Part shown: in pieces, positions 1 to 12,550 of the stretch
Numbering within the stretch: the first letter of the stretch is position 1
Layout of the letters: every line of letters begins with the position of its first letter
Assembly (NCBI GenBank): GCA_051294375.1
Contig: CM119271.1
Span: 1,743,395-1,807,394 of the forward strand
DNA length: 64,000 nt
Origin: Paraspadella gotoi
Taxonomy: Eukaryota; Animalia; Chaetognatha
Reading direction: 5' to 3'
Position numbers and translations under genes: made by a program
Notes under the pieces: generated by a model
The model's input: the letters and a program-made list of their open reading frames with translations, nothing else
What the model was told of the DNA's origin: nothing
The model's database searches: none

Positions 1-2701
1 GCCAGTCCGTCACCCGCTGCCCGAATGCTCGATCCTGCCGCCCGACCGCCCGCGAGAGAAAAATAAAAAACCGCGAGGCGGGCGTCGGCCGATCGATTGG
101 TTGGTTTGGTTGGTCGGGACGGAATTAGAGTCTAGTACAAAAAGTTATTTGGTTAGTGTTTCTCACCATTTCTGCTTGATTGGTTTAGTGTGCCAGATCG
201 GTTGAACGTTGTTTTCGATTATTAGTTTTAGTATAATTGACTGATTTGTTCTAATAATTTGAATTGTTTTGCTTGTAATAATATTAAATTAATCAATCTC
301 ATTTGAATATTGCAGCATTTAGATCAATTTCCATCTTCATGCCATATAAGAGAGTAATTGAGTATAAAGCACTCCCTAACAGATTTACTCATTGATAACT
401 GTAAATATCATAATATATCACATCATATTATATCATATCATATCATATAAAATCATATCGTCAAAACCCACTTTGTCCGTAACCCCTTTCGGCCTTCGTC
501 CGTCTTCCGCTTTCGACGACCGAGTGTCTCTCGGATTGTTAATAACCGGAAGATAAAAACTCGTTTTCTTTTTTGTTTTCTTTCGGGGAAAAACAACTGT
601 TTTGTCTCGTCGAATTTGTGTTTCGTGAGATCGAAGGTTTCGTCGAGATTTGATTTGCCCCAATTAGGAATTAATAGGATACATATTCTTGTCTTATTCC
701 GGTCATCTACCAACGTGGAATTTATAAATGGAATGAATGAACAAATGGGGAAAGAGAAATAATGATTTAGTTTAAGTGACGAATTAGAATTGAATTAGTA
801 AAAAAAAATAACTTAACTAATCAATCAATCAATTGAACGACCAATTAATTAATTAGTCATTTAGAAAAATACATTAATGAATCAATGAATAAATTACTGA
901 ATAATTCAATCAGTCAATCAATCAATCAATCAATCCTCTCTTTAAAATCCTATTTTTAGTCGACATCGATTTTTGTTTCGCCTTTTTATGTTTCGTGTTT
1001 CGTCTTTTGTTCTCTCGTTTTGTCATCTCCGCCTTTTTAATGTTTTGTCGTTTAGCGACGCCGAATCTCGAAAATCTCGGAAACAACAACAACGACAACG
1101 AATCCCCCTCCTCTTCCTCCTCCCGTAGGATCGACGTTTCTTCGCTCCTCCTCATCTTCGAAAAGGTAAGAACGCCGCCGCCGACGACGANNNNNNNNNN
1201 GACGACGACGACGACTGAAGATTCTCTCTCTCAGCTTCTTCTTCGTTCTCCTGTCAAGACTTTGATGACGTAATCTGTTGGAACAATGTTTGCTTAAGGG
1301 GACCGGTAGAGATCGCACCTGGGGTTGAGTATCGAGGCTGATTGGTTGGATTGATTGATTGGAAAGACTGATTGAAAGGATTATTACTTTTTAAACTTTT
1401 TTCTCTTTTTTTGGAATTTTACTATAAAACGGCGGATCGGCGTCTGAAGCGGCGAACCGGACGAGAGCAGAAACGGAGAAATTCTCAGAAGAAGCCGCTT
1501 CTGATATTTAAACTTTTGGAAAAGAAGTATTGTCTTTGTGATTATTGTGTGGCGGTCACCGCAATGTGGTGTTTCTGTTGTTTTAAACGAATATAAACTA
1601 CTGATGGTATTAATACTACTATACATTAGCATGCTTGAATAATAAATTGAGTATAGCCGGTCGCTCATTCTCTGTATACAGATTAACGATTGCAAAAAAA
1701 AATTTTTTTGGGGGGCATAATTACTAAACGTCCATTAAGAAAGAATTTAAAATATCTTTAGTAAAACGAAAAGTTTTTAGACTTCAGCAACGAGATTTTT
1801 AATAAGTTTGTTTTAATCCAAATACAAAAACGCAACGAAAAGAGAAGAATTACACAATGTCTACTAATTTTTTTAGTATTTGATTGTTATTGAGTATTTT
1901 GAGTTGAGTTCCTAGAGCCAAACGCTAGAGTTCACTCTCGATCAAACCAATCGTCTCTCCTTGTTCATTTGTTTCCGGCGACATTCCATTCGCGGTGCAG
2001 AGAACAAAAATTTAAACTTTAAACTTTTTTTAAAAAATTACAAAAATATTTAATATAAAAAACTCCAATCGTTTAGAAATTAATTTTCTTCTTTTCTTGG
2101 TAAATACCTATACTGAATTTTTTACTCTTTCTAACCTTCCTATATCTCATTCATTTTTATGGAGACTATAATTTGGTTTATAGTATAAACCAAAGAATAT
2201 AATTATAGTATAAACCTAATTTGAAACAAAACATTTAAAATTACTGTATAGCAAATGCTGCATATGAATCGACAATATCCCGCGAAAACTATTAAAGTAA
2301 TTAAACAAATAAATATAATGATTATGACTAATAGAAGACGTTTGAAATTGTTTTCAACAACGATTTTATTGTAGCAATAAAATCAATTTCAAACGTATAC
2401 TATTAATCCAAAACGCAACGAAACGAAAGGAAAACGCCAAAATTTCGTCCCTACAAATCAGCATTTTCAATAAAGAAGAAATCTTGAAGGATAAAGACGA
2501 CACGACGACGACGACGACGACACGGACGAACTCATAATCACGAGTCTTTGAGTTATTTTCTTAACTTTTCCTTCGCTGATTAATTTTCATTAAAAAACTT
2601 AGAAAAACTTTAAAATTAGAAAAACTTTTCCCCTTTGAATTCGGATCGAACAGAAAAATAGGTTAATCGAATCTTAAGGAAACTGGTGCTACCACTCTCT
2701 C

Positions 2702-2795
<94 letters not shown>

Positions 2796-2933
2796 TAAGT
2801 TCGGGACGACACCGGTTTCTGCTCTATTCTTAATATTTAAGAACTAAACCTGAATCGAAAAAAATACATCGCAAATAAAAAACAAAATAAAAACAAAAAT
2901 ATAAACTAAACTAAACTACTCTCAACCGGCGCC

Positions 2934-5900
2934 ATGTGGATCACACTGCTGCTGCTGACCGCCGCGGCGTTGTTCCTGCGGCGCTACTTTCGCAACGTCT
3001 ACTCCACGTTCGACCGTCTCGGCGTGCCGGGTCCCAAGCCGACGCTGCTCTTCGGAAATTTGCTGGAGATCTATCGGCGGCCGGAAGGAAAGAGCCGAGA
3101 GCAGGTGGGCGTTAACGTTGTTGTTGTTGTTGCTTCTAATGCGGTCGTTGCTCTTTTGTTGATGTAGTTTCTGATATTCAACCTCAATCCTTTACCAAAT
3201 ACTTAACCTCTAAGACAAAATACAAATACAATTATTACTTAACCAAAACTTAATCTTAAACCCAAATTTCTAATACTTAACCCAAATTCATAATCCTAAA
3301 CCCAAATTTATAATCCTAAACCCAAATTCCTAATCCTGAACCCAAATCCATAACCATATCCCTTAATCTTAATCCTTAATCCTAATTCTTTAAGCAAATC
3401 TTTGAACAAATCGCTAACTCAAAAACCTTACCCAATCTTTAAACTTATAAACCCGATTAATACTGAATTCATGAGGGTCATTTTCGAATAATATAGGTAA
3501 TTCCGACATGATGAGGCCAGGTCTCCGACCTATAGCTACAAATAAGACCCCCGGGAGGTAACCCGGAAGGTTTGGTGGACTTTTTCAATGTCGATTTTGT
3601 GATGTTATTGAATGACGAGTTTTTATTTTTGTACGAGTTCAAAGTAGACAATACTTTCCTGTCATTCGACGACGCCTTAATTTTAAAATGAAATATTTTT
3701 TTTATTCATTTCTTTTGACCAACATTTTTTATTTTCTTTGTGTTTCGCTCGATTATGAATTTCAAGTTATCGGTCGGGAAAGAGGATGCGAATGATTTTT
3801 ATATATCGACGAAACTATTAACGGCAGTATGCAAATTAGTTTATGGGTTTACTAGTTTATCCCGTGCGTAAAAATTAGGTTTTTAATTTTTTTTTGGTAT
3901 CGAATCATTTAAGTAAGTAGATAAGTAGATAAGTAGGTAGTAAAAAATCAAAATTAAACCCTAAAAGAATAAATGATTTGGTACACTACATAGCGCAATG
4001 AAAATGCTATAATTAGTATAAATAGTATAGTATAGTATATATATACAATAAATAGTATAAACGGCTTTTATATTTTGATTTACGTTACGAATAAATTAGC
4101 CATTTTTTGAAATACTAAATAAAAAGTCAAATATAAATTAAAGTTAAATTACCTTCTTCACACGCCCTTCTCGTTAATTCCACTAATTCTGCTGCGGATT
4201 ATATTCGTCCTTACTTTTCACCCGCTCTTCTTTCTCAAACGAGGTAAGTTCGCGACGATCTTCACTTACTCTTAGCCGCAAAGTTGGCAACCGACGTTTC
4301 AAGAGAAAATCCAAAGACGGAAGTAAAATAATTAAACGAAAAACCTCGTCGGCGACTTGAAAAAAAAAAGTTAAACAGTTCGTAAACAAATAATTATATA
4401 TATTCAATTGGATGCCATATATTTCGTCTTATCTTTTTAAGTTATCATTAATTGCTAAAAGGGACAAAATGACAGACCGAAAAAAAATACTAAAAAAAGG
4501 GTGAACCCCTTCCCTGCCAGATCTCGGTTTCAAGCATCTGTCTTCACGTAGGCGCCAATTTTAAAAGCTATCAGAGTAAATGGCAACTGTACATCGCGAA
4601 ATTTATTAAAAAAATATTTTGCGCCCTTTTCTGTTGATAATTTTATTCTTTTTTTTTTTTGGCCAAATTTAATGTACAAAAATTAACCAAATCCTAAATT
4701 TAAAAAAAAGAAAAAGACAACCGTAATCCGTCTTTTTTTTTTCGTCCGCTTCAAAAGTCAACAAAAAATACGAAAAAATAAACAAACGAACCAAAGGTTA
4801 AATAAAAATAAAAACATGATCCAAACGTCCAATTTTCGATTTCGTCAAAGTCGTTCGATCGTCGAGGACGAAATTTCCAAGATTTTCAGGAGAAAAAGAA
4901 GAAGAATAAAAAGAAGGAGAAAACGAAGAAGGAGAAAGAGCGGAGAGAGAATTTGGAAGAAGAAGCTCCTGCTGCAGGGAAGGAGGTGGAAGGCTGCGCC
5001 GAGGCTGTTGGAGGATCCGACGAGAGAGTTGGAGGGAGGAGCGACGACGAACAGTATAGAGGAGGTAAGGACGATCGCCGCGGCTACGACGATTACGACG
5101 ACGACGACGACGACGAACGAATGGCGAAGAAGTTCGGATAGAAACGTGGGTATCGTTCTCGCTAACGTCACAGCCGCTGCTTTCGTTCCAACAGTATCTA
5201 GGTAAGGCTTAAGGGTAAGGGGTAAAGCTCAAGGGGTCATGGGTCAATGATAAGGAGTCAGGCCAGTATTGACACTTGTTTATCCCTCATTTTTAGTACG
5301 GCTGACTTACATTAGTTAGTCATACATTAGTATTTTAGTTACTATCTGTAAAAATTCAAAATTCTGAGAGAAAAAGTTGCATTGACAAGCTGAAAGACTA
5401 GAACGGACGCCCAGACATATAGGCCGATAGAGCAACAGCCAATGAGACAAAGAGACAGACCGACGGACAGAGAGAGCCAGAAAAACAGACAGACAGCCAG
5501 CCTAATAATAAACAAACTGGCTGACAGAGATACAGCCACTGATAGGACTTCAAATTTCGATAACGTTTATATCCATTGTATCATTAATTATAACAATTTC
5601 AACCACTCCCCGCTCCCCCGACCCCTCCTCCCACTTCCCCGATATGCCCCCCTCTTCCTCCCCCGACCCCATCGACTGGGACGACCCACCGTCGCCGTCG
5701 TCGTCGTCGGCGTCGTCGTCGTCTTTCTCGTCGTCGTCCTCATCTTCGTCTATCGATTCGACGAGAAATTTCGAGATTTCGTTCGGCGTCAATGCTGCAC
5801 AACCGGAGAGATGAGGAGAAAGGAGAGGAGGAGGGGAAGGGGAGGAGTAGGGGATGACGGGGAACGGGGTAAGGGAGTCGGTATATGAGGTAGGGAGGGG

Positions 5901-7235
5901 ATTGTGGAATGGAGCGAGAGAAGGGGCTTTTATTTTCCTAAGACGCCCCATTTTATCTTAAATTCGTAATTAAGTTAGTTGTGAGGTATAAAGGTTAGTG
6001 ATAAGTTTAACGATTAGATTACGGATTAAGTTTAAACATATTAGCATTGCAATATGTTTACCCCGTTTATAAGCATGTAACCTGGTGGCTCATTGAGTAA
6101 TGAGCTTATGACCATTAGGTACCGGGGTGAGAAATGTGAGGACTGAGGACGGCTGTAGAAAGCTTTAACCCAAATTTAAAATTAGTTTAAAAATTAGGTT
6201 AAGGGTATTTGGATTAGGGTTAAAATAAGGGTTTAAGGTTAATAATAAAGATTAAGATAAATATTTTTTAAAAATAATGTCGTTCTAAATTTAAGCTGAA
6301 ATGGGGCGTTTTTAGAAAACACGGCCTCTCATTCCCTCTTTTCAGCTCCCGATTCTTCAGGCGCCGACGAATCCGCTCTCGCCACGCCCCCTTTTTCCTC
6401 TTCCTCTTCCTCCTCTCCTCATATCGACGGAAGATGGCGTCGACGACGTCTCTCGTTCGATTCGCCGACGACGCCGGACACGTGGAACACAACAACAACG
6501 ACAACGACGACCCCGACAACGCCGGACGGAACTAGGTAAGAAAGATGATTGAAGATGATGATGATGATGATGATGATGATGATCTGTTAAGATTGTGAAA
6601 GAAGATGGCGTGAGCGGTTTACCATCCTTTGCACACGATTTTCTGATCTTTGGATCAGACGGTACCAAGTTCGACACTAAAATCTGTAGTCGGGCATTGC
6701 CTAGGTTCACCCCGCCTATAAGCATGATACCTTCAGTCCTGACCCGGTGGCTCATTGAGTAAAGCCATCAGCTCATGACCACTAGGTACCGGGTTCAATC
6801 CCAACCCGGTACCTACCCTATGGGAAGCGTGAGGACGGCCGTAAGCCGCCTTGGGGGCGTGGCAACCCCTCAAGCCTGGTTCCAGGACCCGTTCCATGGC
6901 TACTAAAGGGGGTTATAGAAGTTACGGATAGTCATCTTCAGCCCACTTAGCACCTTATCCACAAATCATGTGTGTGTGAATCTGCAGGGCGCGAACCCGA
7001 GTCCTTTCGGTTTTGGGAAGAACATGTGCTGACGTGTCAGTTGTGGGATTTTAAGTACTACCCGACGCCGGGGCCCGATATTACATTAGGCAAAGCTAGT
7101 TTCATGAATTGTTAATTGTATATATATTTATATATATCAATTGGTAAATTGTATAATCATTTGTGTGGGAAAAAAAAATTTGATTTTATTATCTTTCTCT
7201 CAAGGGACACACCGTCGACGCCGCCACCAACAGCT

Positions 7236-7270
<35 letters not shown>

Positions 7271-10200
7271 TCATCCTCACGTAGAAGCAGTCGTCGTCGT
7301 CCGCGTGGACGAGCGGCTGCACCTGCCGTGTCTCGACTGCCGGGTGGAGTCTCTGCGGAACGCGGCGAGGAGTTGGAGGAAAGAGGGAGCGAGCAGGTGC
7401 GGATCGATGCATCGATCGATTAAATCGATCAATCAAATTGATGTAGTGGTAATACTACCACTACATTGATCAAATAAATTATCTAATCAAGCAATCAGTC
7501 ATTTACCTAATCGTTTAATCTATCTTTTAATTTATCAGTTAATTTATTATTCGATCAATCATTTAATCAATCAATCATTAAAATAATAAAACAATAAACA
7601 AATTAACAAAATAATCCAGCACAAATTTAATCAATAGACAATTCATTAGACATATTCATAAACATTCATAAACATATTCAATAAATAATTCGAATATATA
7701 TTGGTTGTACCAATTTCATATCATTAGACATATTCATAAACATTCATCGAAATATTCAATAATTAATTAATAAATAAATAAATAAATTAATTAATTTAAT
7801 TAATTCAATCAATCAATCACTCTCTCTTCCAGACCCTACGACCCCTTCCTCGGCCACGCCTCTTTCCCGCCTCCCCAGATGTCGCTCTACAACGAGGCGA
7901 CGCTGGCGGCGCTCCGCGAATACGTGGAGATCTCCGATTGGCGGAGACGGAGCGAGAGAGAGAAGCTAAAGACCCTGGAGTGGCTCGTCCGGGATGGCGT
8001 GGTTTTTCACAAGAACTGCGTGGGGCTGTCGGGGATTAGCGTGGCTTGAAGGGAAGGGAAGGATGAGAGTGGAGAGGCGAAGGAAGAAGGGAGTCGGGAT
8101 AAGAGAGCGGGATTCTTTCTTTTCTTTTATTCTATTATCTTAATAACAAATAAGAATTATTCATCTGAAATTTTACTACTATGTGTATCTGTAATTTTGG
8201 GTTTGTTTCCTTATTCAGGTGGACAAATAAAATTTGTCTGTTTACTTTTTAAAATAAATACATGTCGGATTGTCGGAAGAGATATCTCTGCGTAAGCCTT
8301 TTTTGTATGTAATTCATAGTAGGTTTAACATCAATTAGATCAATTAGATCAGATGTTTGAAACAGCTATTTAAAGGCATTAACGTGCCATTATTGAGTGC
8401 CCATTTCGAAATATATATTAGTTTTTTAACCAAATATTTTAAAGACTCCTCGCACTTTAATCTAACCAATCAGCATCCTCCGTTTCCCTCAAGGTTTTCT
8501 CCGATTGGGTAAATCAATACGGTCTCATCTTCGGCTACTTCGAAGGCATCTACCCTGTCATCTTTGTCTCAGAACCCTCCGCGCTTCAACATGTCCTTCA
8601 GACCAACTTCAATAACTTCGTCAACCGGCCCATGAGGGACTTTCTCGACGGCGGAGAGAGGGGAGATGTGTTTACCAGCAAAGGTAGGGGAGAGATAATT
8701 TAAATTGTTTGAAACTGGTACAACCAATATGAAATTAATGATTTTATTAAATAAAGTAGGTTTTGGACTGCCTAATACCTATGGCGAGTCAAGGCCATAT
8801 TTCTACAAGACTGTTACAGTCTAGGTTATTACTTCCCTAATACTTGGCTTATGGATTATGGAATATTATTATTATTAAGTTGTATAATATTTTAAAGAAC
8901 TGTTTCAATTAGTTATGAGGACCACTCTCTTAATCGTTTGTATTTTTGATAAAACCGAAACAATGTTGAAATTCCCTAAAATGGATACAAATATGAAAGC
9001 AAATATAGAATACCGAGCCAAATTTGTATATTGTAAAATTATTAATAGAATTTATATTTGTCCAATTGTCCTATTTCTGTTTTAATTTCAGACTCTAACC
9101 AAATTTTAATGACATATGTATTTGAACAAATCTCCCATTTTTTTTACCCCAACTTCTCTCCCCAGGTCAACGATGGAAACGCATTCGCTCGGTCCTCAGC
9201 CCTGTCTTTTCAGCCTCAAACATGCGAGACATGGCGCCAATTCTGGATGAGAAGATTCGGATGCTCATGTCTCGATTGAGAGAAGTCGGGGCGGAGGAAG
9301 AGGTTGATATCTATCACTTGTTTCAGCTACTTACCATGGACATCATTGGTCAAGCGGGTAAGTTTTGCTTTTAGGGTGGGTATATCATTGAGTGGATATG
9401 TGATCGTCGTTATTATCGTTATTGTTTTTGTTTTTGTCATTGTCTTTGCTTTGAGAATTCTGAGTCGTGAGGCTAGTTCAAGAATATAGAACATTTTGTA
9501 GTGAAGTCAAACAATTCTTAAATAAACTTTATAAAAATAAATTCACTATGTTAATTTATTATTTATTTATTAATTTCTGACCACCTCTTATTATTTAAGA
9601 GAATTTATTTCAAAATATTCTCAGCGTTTATCACTCTCTTTATAGTTCATTACATTTTTACCCTCTCCATTTTGACAACAGCCTTTGGTATGAATGTGGA
9701 TTCCCTCACCGACGACTCCCATCCTTTTGTCATTCATTGTCAAAACCTCTTTCGCGCCATCGCCAAAGCCGATCTGCCTTTCCAACTTCTCAGAGGAGTT
9801 CCTCTCTCTGTTAAGAGAGTCTTGAGAACAATTTTTGTCAATATCGGTAAGTGTTAAGATCAGAATGTTACATTAGTTTTGATTTATTCATGTTTTTTAT
9901 TTGATTATATAAAATTAGTACACCCATTAAAATCTTTCATTCATTCAGCAGATAAGCTATCTTTCCCATGACTTTGAACAGGAAATGGTGGATTAAGGCT
10001 GCTATTCCTCTTATAAGATAATAACATAGCAACTTTCAATAAAGACTCTCACACAGTCTATTTTAATAATTTCTTTATCAAGGAAGTGATATAACATTTT
10101 TTGTAAATTCTGTCAATTGTTTAAATACATAATATTTCTAGCAATAATATCGTTATTTTGATTTTAACTTGCCCACCTTTTTTATTTGTGTCATTTGAAA

Positions 10201-12046
10201 ACTATTTAAACTAAATATTAGAACAAATTGCTCTAAAATCTTTCTCAATATTTTTTGGACCCAAACAATGATAATAACAACAGTCAAACATTCCTTTTCC
10301 AGGGTCGATCTTTTTCAAACGGAGCGACAACTTGCAAGACATGAAGTGGCTGATGGAAGAGAGCAAGAAAGTATTGCAAGACCGGCAATCGAATCCGGTA
10401 TTCATGGAAGTCCCGGATCTTTTGGCGCTGATGTTAAGCTACGCGAAGAAAGCGAGTGATGGGGAATCGGAAAGCAAGGAGAAGATCCAAGGGGGATTCA
10501 AGAAGGGCATCACTATCGAGGAGGTGAGCGAAAGAAGTTTTTGACTTAGACTTAGACTAATAAAATGATACTTAATACTTAAAATAATACCTGATAAAAC
10601 AAATGAGAGTGGTTTAAATTTGTTTTAAGGTTAAAAGATTAAGTATGGGTTAAGGTTTGGGATTAAGGTCTAAGGTTAGAAGATATATTTACTATTTAGG
10701 TTAGTATTAAAGAGATTAAAGTCAAATATGATGGGTAAAATTAAGAGTAGGAATTAAGGAACAGGAATGAGGGGCTTTTGGAAAATAGTGCTTGTATAAT
10801 TATACCAAAATTTATACATATTTATATTTAAATGATTCTAAATCCACCCCTCTTTCCTCAGATCCAGCAACAAATCTGGATCTTCCTCCTCGCGGGCTAC
10901 GAAACCTCAAGCACGGCCCTCGGCTTCCTTGCCCACTCGCTCTGTGACCGACTCGACGTCCAGGAGAGACTCTTTTGTGAGATCAGGGAGTCAGCGGGGG
11001 AGTTGGAGGATGGGCGGAACCTGGTCGACGCTGTGGGGAAGATGACTTACTTGGATCAGGTGCAGGATTGAAGACAAGTTTGGGACAAAAGTTGGTTTTG
11101 AAAAAAAAAAATTTTGTTACTGTTAACTTTTTTTTTCTATCTCTCTCTCTCTATTCTTTATCTTTCTTTCTCTCTGTCTCTCTTTCTCTCTCTCTGCTTC
11201 TCTCTGTCTCTCTCTATTTGTTTTTCTATATCTCTCTATATCTTACTCTCTATTAAGCTCACATTAAGTTATTAATAACAACAGCAGCTTAACTATCTAA
11301 TCGTATCTCCAATTTTCCATTCCTTCAGGTAATTCAAGAAACTCTTCGCCTATTCCCACCCGCCCCTGAAGTGATCAGGCGCCAGGCAAGCGAGGCTTTT
11401 ACTCTGCAACTTCCCTCGGGTCATGTGACCTTTCCCGCTGGATTCACAGTTAAAGTGGGCATGCTGCAAACTCACAAGAGCGAGCAACTGTGGCATTGCC
11501 CTCTGGAGTTCAATCCGGATCGCTTCAGCCCCGAGGGCAGGAAAGAGTTGCACCCTTTTCAATTCCTGCCTTTTGGGCTCGGTCCGAGAGGCTGTGTGGG
11601 TATGAGGCTGGCCAATATGGAGTTGAGAATGACGCTGGTCCGGTTGATCCAAAATTTTAGGTGAGGAACGAAGGAGGTAAATCGAATTTAACTTACCCTT
11701 GATTTGGGTTAGGAATTTTGGTTTTTAAAACCACAGTATTGTTTAATGTTTAGTATGCAAAAAGATTAACTAACATAAATTAAAATGGAACAAAGGAACT
11801 TTTAGTGAATTTTCTAGAGTTAATTAGTCTTGTTTTGTTTTGAACACTTAATTTTAAAGAATATAATTTATATTTTGATATATAGACTATATTATAGTGA
11901 AAATAATTATTAATAATATTTTTTTGTATTGAAACTGCAGACTCGAAAAATCTGCAGGATACAAAATCGACATCGCGATATCTGAAGGAGCAACGCGGAC
12001 TCCGAGAGATGGCGTATTCGTGAAACTAGTCCCGCGAAGCGAATGA
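2934..12046 (+). CDS. Cytochrome P450, clan-3-like (CYP3/CYP5-type), isoform A; 8 exons
   Basis: Exons 2934-3104, 8494-8683, 9166-9357, 9682-9846, 10303-10523, 10862-11059, 11329-11660, 11941-12046. All introns are GT-AG and phase-compatible. Motifs: N-terminal anchor + PGPKP..LFGNL, WKRIR (WxxxR), AGYETSS (I-helix), ETLR (ExxR), PDRF, PFGLGPRGCVG (heme Cys). Confidence 0.93.
4816..8049 (+). CDS. Putative multi-exon gene of unknown function nested in P450 intron 1, same strand; possible single TM segment
   Basis: Exons 4816-5201, ~5642-5868, 6346(or 6361)-6535, 7205-7396, 7833-8049. Donors (three GTAAG, one GTGCG) chain in compatible phases to end ...SRPYDPFLGHASFPPPQMSLYNEATLAALREYVEISDW...GISVA*. 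The exon-2 acceptor reads CG, not AG. Confidence 0.55.
6685..6966 (+). mobile_element. tRNA(Met-like)-derived SINE-like repeat, family 1
   Basis: tRNA-like head 6751-6821 with A-box TGGCTCATTGAG, CAT anticodon loop and B-box GGTTCAATCCC. Near-identical copy at 43032-43319 and a partial copy at ~6043-6155. Confidence 0.8.
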
Positions 12047-12550
12047 GTGGTGAAAAAAGTCCCGTGTTGGTGAGGGAAGTCGATGTGAACAATTTGTACA
12101 ATTCTTGGTGAAAAGTGATGCTGTAAATTTGATTTCTTGCTTTTTAAATAAAAATAGTTTTGCACAAGTTGCCTTTTAGACGAAATAGAATTTTGATGAA
12201 AATATGTAAATTTTTTGTAATTTTTTGGCTAGTCTGATAACATGTATAAATTGTAAGTTTACTGTTATGTATCTGTATTTTTGTGTTTGTTACTTTATTG
12301 AAGTAGAAAAATAAAATTTGTCCATTTATGTTTTAAAATACATGTCAGACATGTTAGCCTTTTTTGTACATAATTATTAATAGGTTTTACATCAAATAGA
12401 TCAGATGTTTGAAACAGCTATTTAAAGGCATTGAGTTTGTATAGCAAAATGCCCATTTTGAAATATATATTAGTTTTTAACCAAATATTGTCTTGTCTTC
12501 CTATCCTCCCATTTTAATCTAACCTATCAGCATACTACATTTCCCTCAAG

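Noticed and set aside
433-1695. Gene at the window start
   Set aside because: There are exon-like GC-richer patches, but no consistent exon chain or recognisable domain, and an N gap interrupts the region.
6751-6821. Functional tRNA-Met gene
   Set aside because: The stems pair poorly and the sequence is embedded in a larger dispersed repeat, so it is treated as a SINE head.
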